Below, piece by piece: positions 54,570 to 63,996 of a DNA stretch of 64,000 nt. The position numbers were made by a program, and so were the translations under genes. The DNA is from a virus (lineage: Duplodnaviria > Heunggongvirae > Uroviricota > Caudoviricetes): IMG/VR virus record IMGVR_UViG_3300024270_000054. One strand, written 5' to 3'. Each line of letters begins with the position of its first letter. Position 1 is the stretch's first letter. The notes under the pieces are model-generated. The model was not told the DNA's origin. It searched no databases and worked only from the letters and a program-made list of their open reading frames with translations.

Positions 54570-55696
54570 AAATTTATAAAGAAAAACAATTCCTCATTTT
54601 TGAGTATGAGGACGGAAAAACATGTAAGTATGATTTTGCCACAAAAACCGCTTATGGCAGAAGTGGAATGAAAGTAAAGGATCTTCGTACACAGCTTCGT
54701 AATTTATCAGTTAGCGACATGATCGAAAGCTGCGAGAGTGCAAGTTATGGAAGATTCATTCGCTTCGTGGCAAGACACGCATCTCCGAATTGCAGGCCGC
54801 TAGAGAATATCGGCACAATTCTGAGCAGATTGCCGAAATATTCAAATTATGAACAGATATTTTCTGCCGGAATTGAAGATATCGTCGGATCTGGGTTCAA
54901 ATATAGCATTAATGATATTCCAAAGGCGCTTATCAAAATATGTAAAACAAGGAATATCACGTTATACAATGACTTCTTGGAATACTATAAGGAGATCCCC
55001 GACGCATACCAGATTGCTTATAAATTGGAATACATTTCTCTGACTGACAGAGATATAAATCGTGTTCTTCAAGAATCTAGGTATGTAAATGGAAGAAATA
55101 GACCATATTTTAATGATCTAATTCTGAACTATGGATACAATGCAAAATCCCTTATGAAGTATATTGATACGCTAAAAACACTCGAAGCAATGGATGATAC
55201 AAGGTATGTCGTCAAAGAGCTATATGATTATGCACGAATGGCATTACAAATTAGCCCAAAGTATGATCGACATCCAAAGCATTTCTTGACAACCATGAAG
55301 ATTGCTTCAAGAAACTTTAATCGATTGTCTACGACATATGATGAGAGTAAGTTCGCACAACGTATTGATACGTCCATGGAGCGCACAATCGGAGATTATG
55401 TATTCATTTATCCAAAGTCAACGCAGGATATTAAAGATGAAGCAGTTCAGCAGAATAATTGCGTATCCTCGTATATCAACAGCGTGATCAATGGACATTG
55501 CCATATTCTGTTTATGAGAAGAAAGGCATTCCCTGAAGTCAGCCTTATCACCATAGAGGTTAGAAACGGTCAGATTGTTCAGGCGCTAAAGCGATTCAAT
55601 CATGAAATATCAGATGGGCAGCGCGACGTTGTAAACAAGTGGAATGAATGGTATGCAAATGTACTAGAGCAAAGAGAAAAGGAGAAAGTGACATGA
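54566..55696 (+). CDS. hypothetical protein (possibly PcfJ-like; weak)
   Basis: 376 aa. C-terminal QQNNCVSSYINSV...GHCHILFMRR is reminiscent of PcfJ-family C-termini. Confidence 0.5.
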   Translation: MKIYKEKQFLIFEYEDGKTCKYDFATKTAYGRSGMKVKDLRTQLRNLSVSDMIESCESASYGRFIRFVARHASPNCRPLENIGTILSRLPKYSNYEQIFSAGIEDIVGSGFKYSINDIPKALIKICKTRNITLYNDFLEYYKEIPDAYQIAYKLEYISLTDRDINRVLQESRYVNGRNRPYFNDLILNYGYNAKSLMKYIDTLKTLEAMDDTRYVVKELYDYARMALQISPKYDRHPKHFLTTMKIASRNFNRLSTTYDESKFAQRIDTSMERTIGDYVFIYPKSTQDIKDEAVQQNNCVSSYINSVINGHCHILFMRRKAFPEVSLITIEVRNGQIVQALKRFNHEISDGQRDVVNKWNEWYANVLEQREKEKVT

Positions 55697-56145
55697 AGGT
55701 AAATAAGGGCGATAAGATTAAGCTTGTCAAACCCATGGGCGCATTTCAGAACATCGGAGAAATCTGTGATGTTGTCGATGTAAACGAAGAGACGATTAGT
55801 TTCCGATTTGGCCGGGTGCATTTGGGCTTTATGTCTCATGATGAGTTTGAGAAGTATTTTGTCAAGCATATGGACAAGCCAGTAATTAAACCCGTCGATA
55901 TGGAAGAAATCGAACGTATGATCCAGAGAGCAGATATCAATGTTGAAAAGGTTTTTGATAGAACAACCGTCGTAACACTGAATCTGCCAAATGGTTTTCA
56001 GATTACAGAATCCTCTTCTTGCATTGACGCAAATAGCTATAATGAAAAGCTTGCAATTGAAATCTGCAAACGCAATCTGACAAAGAGGCTTGCGGAAATG
56101 GAAGCTTATCATAAGATGCAGTCGGCATATGAAATGAGCGTGTAA
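55693..56145 (+). CDS. hypothetical protein
   Basis: ATG overlaps the upstream stop. 150 aa. Confidence 0.5.
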   Translation: MKVNKGDKIKLVKPMGAFQNIGEICDVVDVNEETISFRFGRVHLGFMSHDEFEKYFVKHMDKPVIKPVDMEEIERMIQRADINVEKVFDRTTVVTLNLPNGFQITESSSCIDANSYNEKLAIEICKRNLTKRLAEMEAYHKMQSAYEMSV

Positions 56146-56148
56146 CGC

Positions 56149-57330
56149 ATGAACACATCCATATTCGTCCCGAAAAAACTGTGTGTCGGGTATTGCAATA
56201 GAAAAGATACGTATACGGGGAAACTGGCTTATGTTATCTATTACGACGCACAAGGGAAACTCAGAAAAGAAACGTCATGGCAGAATTGGCGAGATAATAC
56301 AATTGAGCCGCAAGAATTTGATAATGAGCCAACGGAAGGTTTTGTCATTAACAAGAAGGTCGGCGGCGTTGGGTATTACAACGTTCGTCAAACGTATGCC
56401 CGCGTTTACGATCCAAGAGGTTTTGAATTTGAGATCACGATTCCGAACCTCTTATGGATTCTTGAAAACTGTGATTGTATCAAGGGTAAGGGTTTGGTCG
56501 GCCAGTTTGTTTACGGATGGGATAACAAGGATCTTGTGCTTGTTCCGGTTGAATCACCTGATTATAAAGAGATTCAAGAAAAGGCAGATATTGCATTTGA
56601 CAATGGGTTCATCAAAGCCAGCCAACTCATCATCGGAGCTACTTATGAAAAAATGAATGGGCAGCGTTTTGTGTATATGGGCAAAGCCCCTCATTGGACG
56701 ATAGAGTTCAACCATGAGCAGCAGTCAGATGGATGGTTCTGGAATAGGAGATATCTTGGAACATACGAAAAACCAGTCAACGATCATAATAAATGGTACA
56801 ACGCAGATCATTTTAGACTCGGATACAATCTTCATCGCCTTGAGCGGAATGTGAAAGGCAAAGATAGATTCTGGTTTATCAACCTTGGCGAATCACGTTC
56901 AGAATACCTAAAAGGGCATGACTACGCAGAAAGCATGTCGTCCGTTTCCAAGAAGTTTATTAAGTGTGTAAGTACCAATACAGAAGAGTATGAAAGATAT
57001 CTCAGCATTTTAAAAAGTGATAGTTCATACTGCCCGATAGATTACGAAAATAGCGGCATCAGAAAACTGTCATTTGAAGATTTCAGACACCTCTATTCCA
57101 AATCTGTAGAACAAGAAGTTGGAAAATCATTTCACGCTTACAATGGCAAAGAAAGACCAGATAGTTACCGTTTTTATTACAAAAACGGACAGTGGCACAT
57201 CGACTGTACAAAGTATAGTAACGTGACATATGAAAACTTGGAAAAAATCTATACAGAACTTGTTCCGGTATATGGCGAGGAGATTCTTATGAATGGAAGC
57301 ATCAGTAGGAGGTATGGTTACTATGTCTAA
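56149..57330 (+). CDS. hypothetical protein (393 aa)
   Basis: Long ORF with no recognisable motifs. Confidence 0.55.
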   Translation: MNTSIFVPKKLCVGYCNRKDTYTGKLAYVIYYDAQGKLRKETSWQNWRDNTIEPQEFDNEPTEGFVINKKVGGVGYYNVRQTYARVYDPRGFEFEITIPNLLWILENCDCIKGKGLVGQFVYGWDNKDLVLVPVESPDYKEIQEKADIAFDNGFIKASQLIIGATYEKMNGQRFVYMGKAPHWTIEFNHEQQSDGWFWNRRYLGTYEKPVNDHNKWYNADHFRLGYNLHRLERNVKGKDRFWFINLGESRSEYLKGHDYAESMSSVSKKFIKCVSTNTEEYERYLSILKSDSSYCPIDYENSGIRKLSFEDFRHLYSKSVEQEVGKSFHAYNGKERPDSYRFYYKNGQWHIDCTKYSNVTYENLEKIYTELVPVYGEEILMNGSISRRYGYYV

Positions 57331-57721
57331 TAATGATGAACGAATTCTAGCGCTTAAAAAGCAAATCGATGAAAAGAGGAAGATTGTTGGTCGCGCATCA
57401 CGTTTTGCGCCAATCACAAACTGCATCCTACAAATGGATGGGCAGACCTATAATCTGCATGTATGCTGTGATGAACTGCTGCTGGTCAAACTCAATGCAT
57501 TGGCGATGTCAGCAAGCGATCTTGGTCTAAGCATTTATAAGCTCACAATCTCCGGTTTCAGTCTTGCAGACTGGATTGAAGACGTGAAAGGCTTGATTGA
57601 AGCGAAGATGATTAAGGAAGAAAAAGCGAAGCTTGATAAGCTTGAAAAGCAACTGGATTCTCTTCTTTCCAGCGATAAGCGCACAGAGCTTGAGATTGAT
57701 GCAATTGCTTCGCTCATCTGA
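57323..57721 (+). CDS. hypothetical coiled-coil protein
   Basis: GGAGG RBS. 132 aa. Confidence 0.5.
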   Translation: MSNNDERILALKKQIDEKRKIVGRASRFAPITNCILQMDGQTYNLHVCCDELLLVKLNALAMSASDLGLSIYKLTISGFSLADWIEDVKGLIEAKMIKEEKAKLDKLEKQLDSLLSSDKRTELEIDAIASLI

Positions 57722-57735
57722 CGGAGGCGATAAAA

Positions 57736-57924
57736 ATGTTCAAGGTTGTAACAATCAAGAAGAGCAATAAATTCGACTTTCAGGAAGAATGTGAGCTGTA
57801 TCTGAATAACGGATACAAGATGGCCTCTTCGGGCTACGCGCAAAACGCCTTTGAAAAAGCGGTTTCTGCCAACGATAAACATTGCTGGTGGGCGGTTTTC
57901 ACGCTTGAAAAGCCTGAAGGTTAA
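57736..57924 (+). CDS. hypothetical small protein
   Basis: 62 aa. Confidence 0.45.
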   Translation: MFKVVTIKKSNKFDFQEECELYLNNGYKMASSGYAQNAFEKAVSANDKHCWWAVFTLEKPEG

Positions 57925-57957
57925 GATAAAAGATGGGTTTTATTGGAGGTAAAAACA

Positions 57958-58167
57958 ATGAATCACAAGAGAATGAAATGGTTTGTCACGTTTGTCGTTG
58001 TGCTGTGGGTGATCATGTTTGCATGGTATGGACTTGAAGTTGCTCTTTGTGGAGCCAAGATGTACAGTGAAGTCGATTCTGTTCTTGCAGCAGTCATCTC
58101 AGTGCTGATCACGGATTCCATTGCATGCAAGAAGTGCAAGGATGAAAACACTATCGAAAACAACTAA
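57958..58167 (+). CDS. small membrane protein
   Basis: GGAGG RBS. TM helix WFVTFVVVLWVIMFAWY. Confidence 0.5.
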   Translation: MNHKRMKWFVTFVVVLWVIMFAWYGLEVALCGAKMYSEVDSVLAAVISVLITDSIACKKCKDENTIENN

Positions 58168-58198
58168 TACAGAAAAAGTATAAAGGGGACTGATTGAT

Positions 58199-58630
58199 AT
58201 GCTTACGATCCAGATTAAGTATTTCTCAAAGGACATTGATAAGGTTGCCAAGATTGATAAGGGTGACTGGATTGATCTTCGTGCAGCTAAGGATATGAAG
58301 CTGAAAGCGGGAGATTTCGCGCTTGTCCCGCTTGGCGTTGGTATGATCCTGCCCGATGACTATGAGGCGCATATTCTGCCGCGCAGCAGTACGTATAAGA
58401 ATTTCCTCGTCATTCAGACAAACAGTATGGGCATCGTCGATGAGTCTTATTGTGGAGACGATGACGAGTGGAAGCTTCCGGTATATGCTATGAAGGATAC
58501 TTCCATCAAGAAGAACGAGCGCATTTGCCAGTTCCGCATTGAGAAAAAGCAGCCGGAAGTTGGCTTTGTAGAGGTTGAACATCTCAAGGATAAGAGTCGT
58601 GGTGGATTCGGTTCAACAGGTAAGGTTTAA
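58199..58630 (+). CDS. dut: dUTP diphosphatase (dUTPase)
   Basis: dUTPase motifs [25 protein letters not shown] and RGGFGSTG. Confidence 0.85.
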   Translation: MLTIQIKYFSKDIDKVAKIDKGDWIDLRAAKDMKLKAGDFALVPLGVGMILPDDYEAHILPRSSTYKNFLVIQTNSMGIVDESYCGDDDEWKLPVYAMKDTSIKKNERICQFRIEKKQPEVGFVEVEHLKDKSRGGFGSTGKV

Positions 58631-58632
58631 TT

Positions 58633-59082
58633 ATGGATAAGATTGATGTATTTGATGGGCAGTATAGATTCCTGAGCAACTTCTATCCAGCAACAGTTGT
58701 CTATGAAGGTATCAAATACGCAAGCTCAGAATGTGCATTTCAAGCTGCAAAGTGTAAGGATATAGGGGAGCGTGAGCAGTTCGCCTCCCTAAATCCAAGC
58801 GCTGCAAAAAGGCTTGGCAGGCATATTGAACTAAGACCTGATTGGGAATCCGTAAAGGATTCTGTTATGGAAGAGATCGTCAGAGATAAATTTTTCCGTC
58901 ACAAAGATTTGGCAGAAAAACTGCTGGAAACTGGCGACTCAGAGCTTGTCGAAGGTAACACATGGAAGGATATTTATTGGGGAGTAGACCTCAAATCTAA
59001 CTATGGGCAAAACAAGCTAGGCAAGATCCTCATGAAGATCAGAAACGAATTGCAGGGAGAGAAAGATTATGACAAAACTTGA
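58633..59082 (+). CDS. NADAR-domain protein (YbiA/DUF1768 family; NAD- and ADP-ribose-associated)
   Basis: FDGQYRFLSNFYPATVVYEGIKYASSECAFQAAKCKD ... W..VK..VM matches the YbiA/NADAR pattern. Confidence 0.7.
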   Translation: MDKIDVFDGQYRFLSNFYPATVVYEGIKYASSECAFQAAKCKDIGEREQFASLNPSAAKRLGRHIELRPDWESVKDSVMEEIVRDKFFRHKDLAEKLLETGDSELVEGNTWKDIYWGVDLKSNYGQNKLGKILMKIRNELQGEKDYDKT

Positions 59083-59329
59083 AAAGGTTATTGCTGTCCT
59101 TGAAAATGTGGGACATCACGGGCAAAGTTACGGCTATATTGAGCTGACGATCCCCGGTCAGGATGGTACAGAATTCATCGTCAACAGCCATGCGTCCATG
59201 CCAAACAAGATTGAGTATTACAAGAAGACGTATGACGAAGACGGTGTTCATAAGTTCTGCAAGGAAATCCGAATCGTGTCTGCTGGCACTATGGAACAAT
59301 TCAATGCCGTCGCAGATGTTGAGGTTTGA
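59069..59329 (+). CDS. hypothetical protein
   Basis: 86 aa. Confidence 0.45.
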   Translation: MTKLEKVIAVLENVGHHGQSYGYIELTIPGQDGTEFIVNSHASMPNKIEYYKKTYDEDGVHKFCKEIRIVSAGTMEQFNAVADVEV

Positions 59330-59718
59330 TGATTATGCGCAGAATTGCAGAAAAGCTGCGAACCATGATTGATCTTCAATCATGCTCGGAAATGAATGAA
59401 AACCAAACATATTATGTTGCTGGTTTAGCAGATGCGTTGCAAGTGGTGGAGGACTTCATGGATAAAGAGTTAGTCCTAAATCGTGTGTATTTCGTGATTA
59501 TGTTCAAAGAAGATAATAAAAATTATCCGTATATTACAAAAATGCGCCTGTATAAGATCAGCAGAAAATCAAAGCTGTGCTACTGCTTTACTGAATACCT
59601 GAGTGGGCGAACTACGTCTCCTGATCTGATACTGTATAGTATTGGCGGATTATCCACTAGGGTATTTAGTACGCAGGAGGCAGCGGAACAGGCACTCAAA
59701 AGCTATGTAAGACAATAG
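59326..59718 (+). CDS. hypothetical protein
   Basis: 130 aa. Confidence 0.5.
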   Translation: MMIMRRIAEKLRTMIDLQSCSEMNENQTYYVAGLADALQVVEDFMDKELVLNRVYFVIMFKEDNKNYPYITKMRLYKISRKSKLCYCFTEYLSGRTTSPDLILYSIGGLSTRVFSTQEAAEQALKSYVRQ

Positions 59719-59723
59719 AGCTT

Positions 59724-59755
59724 GCCCCGTCCCATCTCAGGGGCGGGGTTATTTA
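59724..59755 (+). terminator. rho-independent terminator-like hairpin
   Basis: gccccgtccc-atctca-gggcggggt followed by tatttaa. Confidence 0.55.
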
Positions 59756-59774
59756 ATAGGAAGGAACAGCAGAT

Positions 59775-59957
59775 ATGAAAATTGGAAAGCGTTTTGTGCG
59801 TTACAAAGAGGGTGCAGAGCTATACAGTATGAGCCAGAGCAAGTTTGAAAGAATGGCGAAAGATGCAGAGGCCACATACAAGCTTGACAAGCTCGTTCTT
59901 GTGAACTGCGATATTTTTGAAGAATACCTAGAAACATTTAGGATCAAGAAGGAGTAA
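59775..59957 (+). CDS. small DNA-binding protein, excisionase (Xis)-like
   Basis: 60 aa immediately upstream of the integrase. Basic/helical (KRFVRYKEGAELYSMSQSKFERMAK). Confidence 0.45.
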   Translation: MKIGKRFVRYKEGAELYSMSQSKFERMAKDAEATYKLDKLVLVNCDIFEEYLETFRIKKE

Positions 59958-60045
59958 ACTTGACTATGAAGCACATAAGTGGTAAAATAACAATGTCTAA
60001 CAAGAGTTTACAATTCTTTTCTTTTTATGAAAGGAGAGGATTGTA

Positions 60046-61284
60046 ATGCCGAAGTCCAGAAAAGACAGCAAAGGCCGTGTTCTCAGAGCCGGAGAAACAG
60101 AGCGCAGAGATGGCCGTTACGCCTACATGTACACTGACAAATACGGCGAACGTCGATCAATTTACGCAAAAACCCTTCAGGAGCTTCGCAAAAAGGAAGA
60201 ATCCCTTGCAAAAGATGCTCTTGACGGTATCGACTCTTACACGGCACGGAACCTAACACTCAATGACCTTTTTGATCGGTACATCAAAACAAAGACCTCG
60301 CTGAAAAACACAACCCGGACAAATTACATCTACATGTACGATACGTATGTCCGGCAGTCCTTTGGAAAGCTTCAACTTGATACAATCAAGTATTCTGATG
60401 TGATGACCTTTTACAAGGATCTTCTGGCTGAAAAGCTCAAGGTTAATACGCTTGATGTCATTCAGACTGTTCTGCATCCGACATTTACCATGGCGGTGCG
60501 AGACAATATCATCAGATCGAATCCAACTGATAGAATTATGGTTGAGCTAAAAAAGGATTTTGATAAGTGGGCGGGAGTCAGAAGGGCGCTTACGCCAGAT
60601 CAGCAGCGTGCTTTTATGAATTACTGTAGGAAAAGCCGAACCTATTGGAGATGGCATCCATTGCTTACAGTAATGTTTGGAACTGGCTGTCGAGTTGGCG
60701 AAATCGTCGGCCTCACTTGGCAAGATATCGACATGGAAAATCGTTTAATCAGCATCAACCATACAGTGAGTGATCATTCTGTGATTGATGAAAATGGCAA
60801 ACGCTGTAATCCGTTGAAAGTATCTACGCCGAAAACTGAGGCGGGAACCAGAATTGTTCCCATGACAGACAAGGTGTACGAGGCATTTGTCGAGGAAAAG
60901 GAATATCAAGATCGGTTTGGCTCCAACACTGCTGAAGTGGACGGGATGACTGGTTTTGTGTTCCAGAATCGAAATGGCAACGTATATCGCGCCTGTACAA
61001 TCAACTTGGCTATTGACAGAATCAGAACCAGCTACAATGCAGAGGAAGAGGCTTGCGCAGCCAAAGAGGGTAGGGAACCGATCATCGTTCCATATTTCAC
61101 CTGCCATCACATGAGGCATACGTTCTGCACAAGATTGTGTGAGCACGTATCTGATATTAAGGTGATTCAGGAAATTATGGGGCATGCGGATGCTCAGACT
61201 ACGTTGGATATCTACGCAGAAGTCACTACCGAAAGAAAGGTAGCAACGATTAAATCGCTGTCTATGAGTTTGGACTTGTGCTGA
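60046..61284 (+). CDS. int: tyrosine site-specific integrase
   Basis: Catalytic-domain signatures GCRVGEIVGLTWQDI (R), HHMRHTFCTRL (HxxR) and GHADAQTTLDIY (terminal Tyr). N-terminal SAM-like arm-binding region. 412 aa. Confidence 0.9.
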   Translation: MPKSRKDSKGRVLRAGETERRDGRYAYMYTDKYGERRSIYAKTLQELRKKEESLAKDALDGIDSYTARNLTLNDLFDRYIKTKTSLKNTTRTNYIYMYDTYVRQSFGKLQLDTIKYSDVMTFYKDLLAEKLKVNTLDVIQTVLHPTFTMAVRDNIIRSNPTDRIMVELKKDFDKWAGVRRALTPDQQRAFMNYCRKSRTYWRWHPLLTVMFGTGCRVGEIVGLTWQDIDMENRLISINHTVSDHSVIDENGKRCNPLKVSTPKTEAGTRIVPMTDKVYEAFVEEKEYQDRFGSNTAEVDGMTGFVFQNRNGNVYRACTINLAIDRIRTSYNAEEEACAAKEGREPIIVPYFTCHHMRHTFCTRLCEHVSDIKVIQEIMGHADAQTTLDIYAEVTTERKVATIKSLSMSLDLC

Positions 61285-61299
61285 AATACTAAACTTTGT

Positions 61300-61640
61300 G
61301 TTTAGTTAGAAGACCAGTTTTTGACTACAGTTTTACTGCAAATTAGTGTCGGGTAGTACGCGATAATACCTGATAATACTTTTTTGAAGAAAATTTAGAT
61401 TTGAGGAATACTTGATAAAATATGATGGTACTTAATCTTAGGGACTTGCTCACAGATTTCCCGACGATGAAGAGCATCAAGTGATTTATCTAGCTATTAC
61501 TAGAAAAATCAAGGGTATACATGAGCATTTGACTACAGTTTGACTACAGATTATAAGCCATTCAGTATTATCAAGTATTTAGAGAAAACAGTTTTTCTGA
61601 GGAAGAGAAAGTGTAAACTCTTGGACAGACAATGCTTTGA
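61300..61640. repeat. att-like AT-rich region with repeated TTGACTACAG (x3) and ATACTTGATAA/TTATCAAGTAT motifs; candidate integrase/Xis arm sites
   Basis: ttgactacag at about 61319, 61531 and 61543. aatacctgataatactt, aatacttgataaaat and attatcaagtattt at about 61366-61580. Confidence 0.5.
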
Positions 61641-61662
61641 AATTCAAAGCGCAAAAATATAA

Positions 61663-61693
61663 GGACTGCGATTTGCAGTCCTTTATTTTTTAG
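61663..61693. terminator. bidirectional rho-independent terminator
   Basis: Perfect inverted repeat aaggactgc-gattt-gcagtcctt flanked by T/A tracts on both sides. Lies directly 3' of the minus-strand gene. Confidence 0.65.
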
Positions 61694-63996
61694 AGGGTTA
61701 AGATGATATCTCGTATCTGCTGAATAACACTTGCGGTTGGCCTGTTTACAGTTATACTGTACCAATCCGAATGGTTTGTGCTAATCAAATCAATAGCGTT
61801 TCGAATTTCAGTAACATGTTTTGTCCAATCTTTCAAATCTGTGCTGTTTGATACAATTGAAGAAAATGTTACTTTGGAAAGACCATAGTATTCGAGTAAA
61901 GAATTAATTCGATCATGCAATTCTGTCATATGAACAGCTTTTACATGTGTCGTTCCACTAATTAGCTCTTCATCTGTAAAACTAGATAGTGGGGCATGAT
62001 TTCTTCTTAAAGTGTTCGTACTTATTTCTCTTCCAGAATAATAATCTTCTCCTGCACTTCCGTTTACTATAACAGAGGCTTGATAGTAGTTCCCATATGT
62101 AGATGGTGGGTTTACACTGCATGCATCAGATGTACTTGTCGATCCAACAATAAGATATTGTTGCCAATCGCCCCAACTTAATCCATCTGAACTTTCTCTG
62201 ACATAAACTGTATACTGTGTAATTGAGTTATTTGTTCCTCCAGAAGCACCAGTCCACGATAGTGTAACGGGTTCTCCATCAGACACTGTTTTAGCAAATG
62301 ATAATGTGGTTGGAGCCGAACAAGATGTATACGTTTTTGCAGTAACGGTTGCATATACACTCGATATAGCACTGTTGCTTCTTGCACCCTTTGTGTAAAC
62401 CTTATAGTAATAACTAGATCCCATCGTAGACGGAGCTGTAACCGTACAACTGCCGCTTGTTGATGTTGATTCTATCTCAGTTAGCTTTGAATAAGATCCA
62501 GATGCAGAAGTTGCTCTATAAATGAGATATCCAGAAATAGAGTTGTAGCTTCCCGCAGCCGCACCACTCCAAACAAGCGTTACGCCAACTCCAGCATCCG
62601 GCGTTGAATTTGTAACAGATATTGCAGTAGGCGCTGTCGGATTACCATATGTATATACGTTCCGCCCAGCAGACGCACCGCTGTTTGAGTGAGCGCCTTT
62701 CGTATACACCGTGTACGTGTACTTGCTTCCCGCAGTCGCGTGCGCAGGTACGCTGATGCTCGTTGATGTTGTGGTTGTATAACTTACTCCGTCTCGATAA
62801 ATCAGGTATCCGGTAATTGCATTGTTTGTACCGGCACTTGCACCACTCCATGCTAATGTAACATTTGCCCCAGACGCTGCATAAGCAGAAGAACTTCCGC
62901 CAATCGTTATGGTCGTTGGTGCTGTTGGCGCTGTGTACGTACAGGTGAGCGTCGCATATACGGTTGATTGTTCGCTGCTGTACCCGGATACAGAACCGAC
63001 CGTAAGCACCTTATAGTAGTATGAAGATCCGTTCGTTGTCGGTGCAGTAACGCTTGTCGAGCCGGATGTTGCGCTGCTGGTGACAGTCGTAAGCTTTGAA
63101 TATGTGCCGGTTGCAGAAGTTGCGCGATAAATCTCATATCCACTGATTGCATTGTTTGTTCCTGCGCTTGCGCCGCTCCATGACAGAGTGATGCTTGCGC
63201 CGGGAGCAACGTTGTTGGATGCAACCGTTACGCTTGTCGGTGCGGTACACGCGGTTGTGCTTGGAACGTATATAAACGTTTTTCCGCTGCTTGTCTTAGA
63301 GAGACTTGTGCCGGAATATGTGTTCGTCAGGCTTGAAGCGGTTGCCGTCACCTTGATCGTCATCGGGCTTGTCTGATTCGCCAAGTCGCTTTCTGCAATC
63401 GTCAGTGTCCTTGTAGTCTGCGTTTTGAATAATGTGTTGTTAATATAAACGCCATACGAGATAGATCCGCCTGTATATGAAAGTGATGCAGCAGTCCATG
63501 ATAAGCTAACACTTGAGCCAGATGTAGAACCAAGAGTTAGCGTTGGCGTGCTAATGCTCGGCGGGTAAAATGTCTTTGACGCACTAGAAGACCATGATTC
63601 TACGCTTACGCTCCAATAATCTGAGCTTCCATAATATGCAACAATTTTGTAAGTTCTAGAGGAGCTATATACGCCGATACTACGGGTTACAGAAGTCCCT
63701 GTAATACCTCCTTGAACCAACCCTCCGTCGTCTACGCTCCATAAACCATAGTAAACTGTTCCAGATGCTCCGGACAAAGTTGATTTAGTCCACGTAGCTG
63801 TAAATGTGCCATCGTTGTTCTGAGTAATGCTTGGCGTACCCGGTGCGCTAAGTGATGGTGCTGTATAATTAACCGTAATTGTACATGTACCGGAATTTCT
63901 TACTCCATATGTATCTCCAGTTGATGAGTTGTTGTTATAACAATGGATCTCAATTTCGCCAGTAGCAGTCAAAAGGGCTGCTTTGAGCGCTTCCAT
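61690..63996 (-). CDS. large secreted/surface protein with at least four tandem fibronectin-type-III-like repeats (5'-partial; continues beyond the window end). Either a phage fibre/adhesin or a host cell-surface protein.
   Basis: Repeats of about 90 aa of the form GASAGTNNAI(S/T)GY.IYR...GSSYYYKV.T.G; Ser/Thr/Gly-rich. The open frame runs to the window edge. Confidence 0.6.
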   Translation of the reverse strand: MEALKAALLTATGEIEIHCYNNNSSTGDTYGVRNSGTCTITVNYTAPSLSAPGTPSITQNNDGTFTATWTKSTLSGASGTVYYGLWSVDDGGLVQGGITGTSVTRSIGVYSSSRTYKIVAYYGSSDYWSVSVESWSSSASKTFYPPSISTPTLTLGSTSGSSVSLSWTAASLSYTGGSISYGVYINNTLFKTQTTRTLTIAESDLANQTSPMTIKVTATASSLTNTYSGTSLSKTSSGKTFIYVPSTTACTAPTSVTVASNNVAPGASITLSWSGASAGTNNAISGYEIYRATSATGTYSKLTTVTSSATSGSTSVTAPTTNGSSYYYKVLTVGSVSGYSSEQSTVYATLTCTYTAPTAPTTITIGGSSSAYAASGANVTLAWSGASAGTNNAITGYLIYRDGVSYTTTTSTSISVPAHATAGSKYTYTVYTKGAHSNSGASAGRNVYTYGNPTAPTAISVTNSTPDAGVGVTLVWSGAAAGSYNSISGYLIYRATSASGSYSKLTEIESTSTSGSCTVTAPSTMGSSYYYKVYTKGARSNSAISSVYATVTAKTYTSCSAPTTLSFAKTVSDGEPVTLSWTGASGGTNNSITQYTVYVRESSDGLSWGDWQQYLIVGSTSTSDACSVNPPSTYGNYYQASVIVNGSAGEDYYSGREISTNTLRRNHAPLSSFTDEELISGTTHVKAVHMTELHDRINSLLEYYGLSKVTFSSIVSNSTDLKDWTKHVTEIRNAIDLISTNHSDWYSITVNRPTASVIQQIRDIILTL

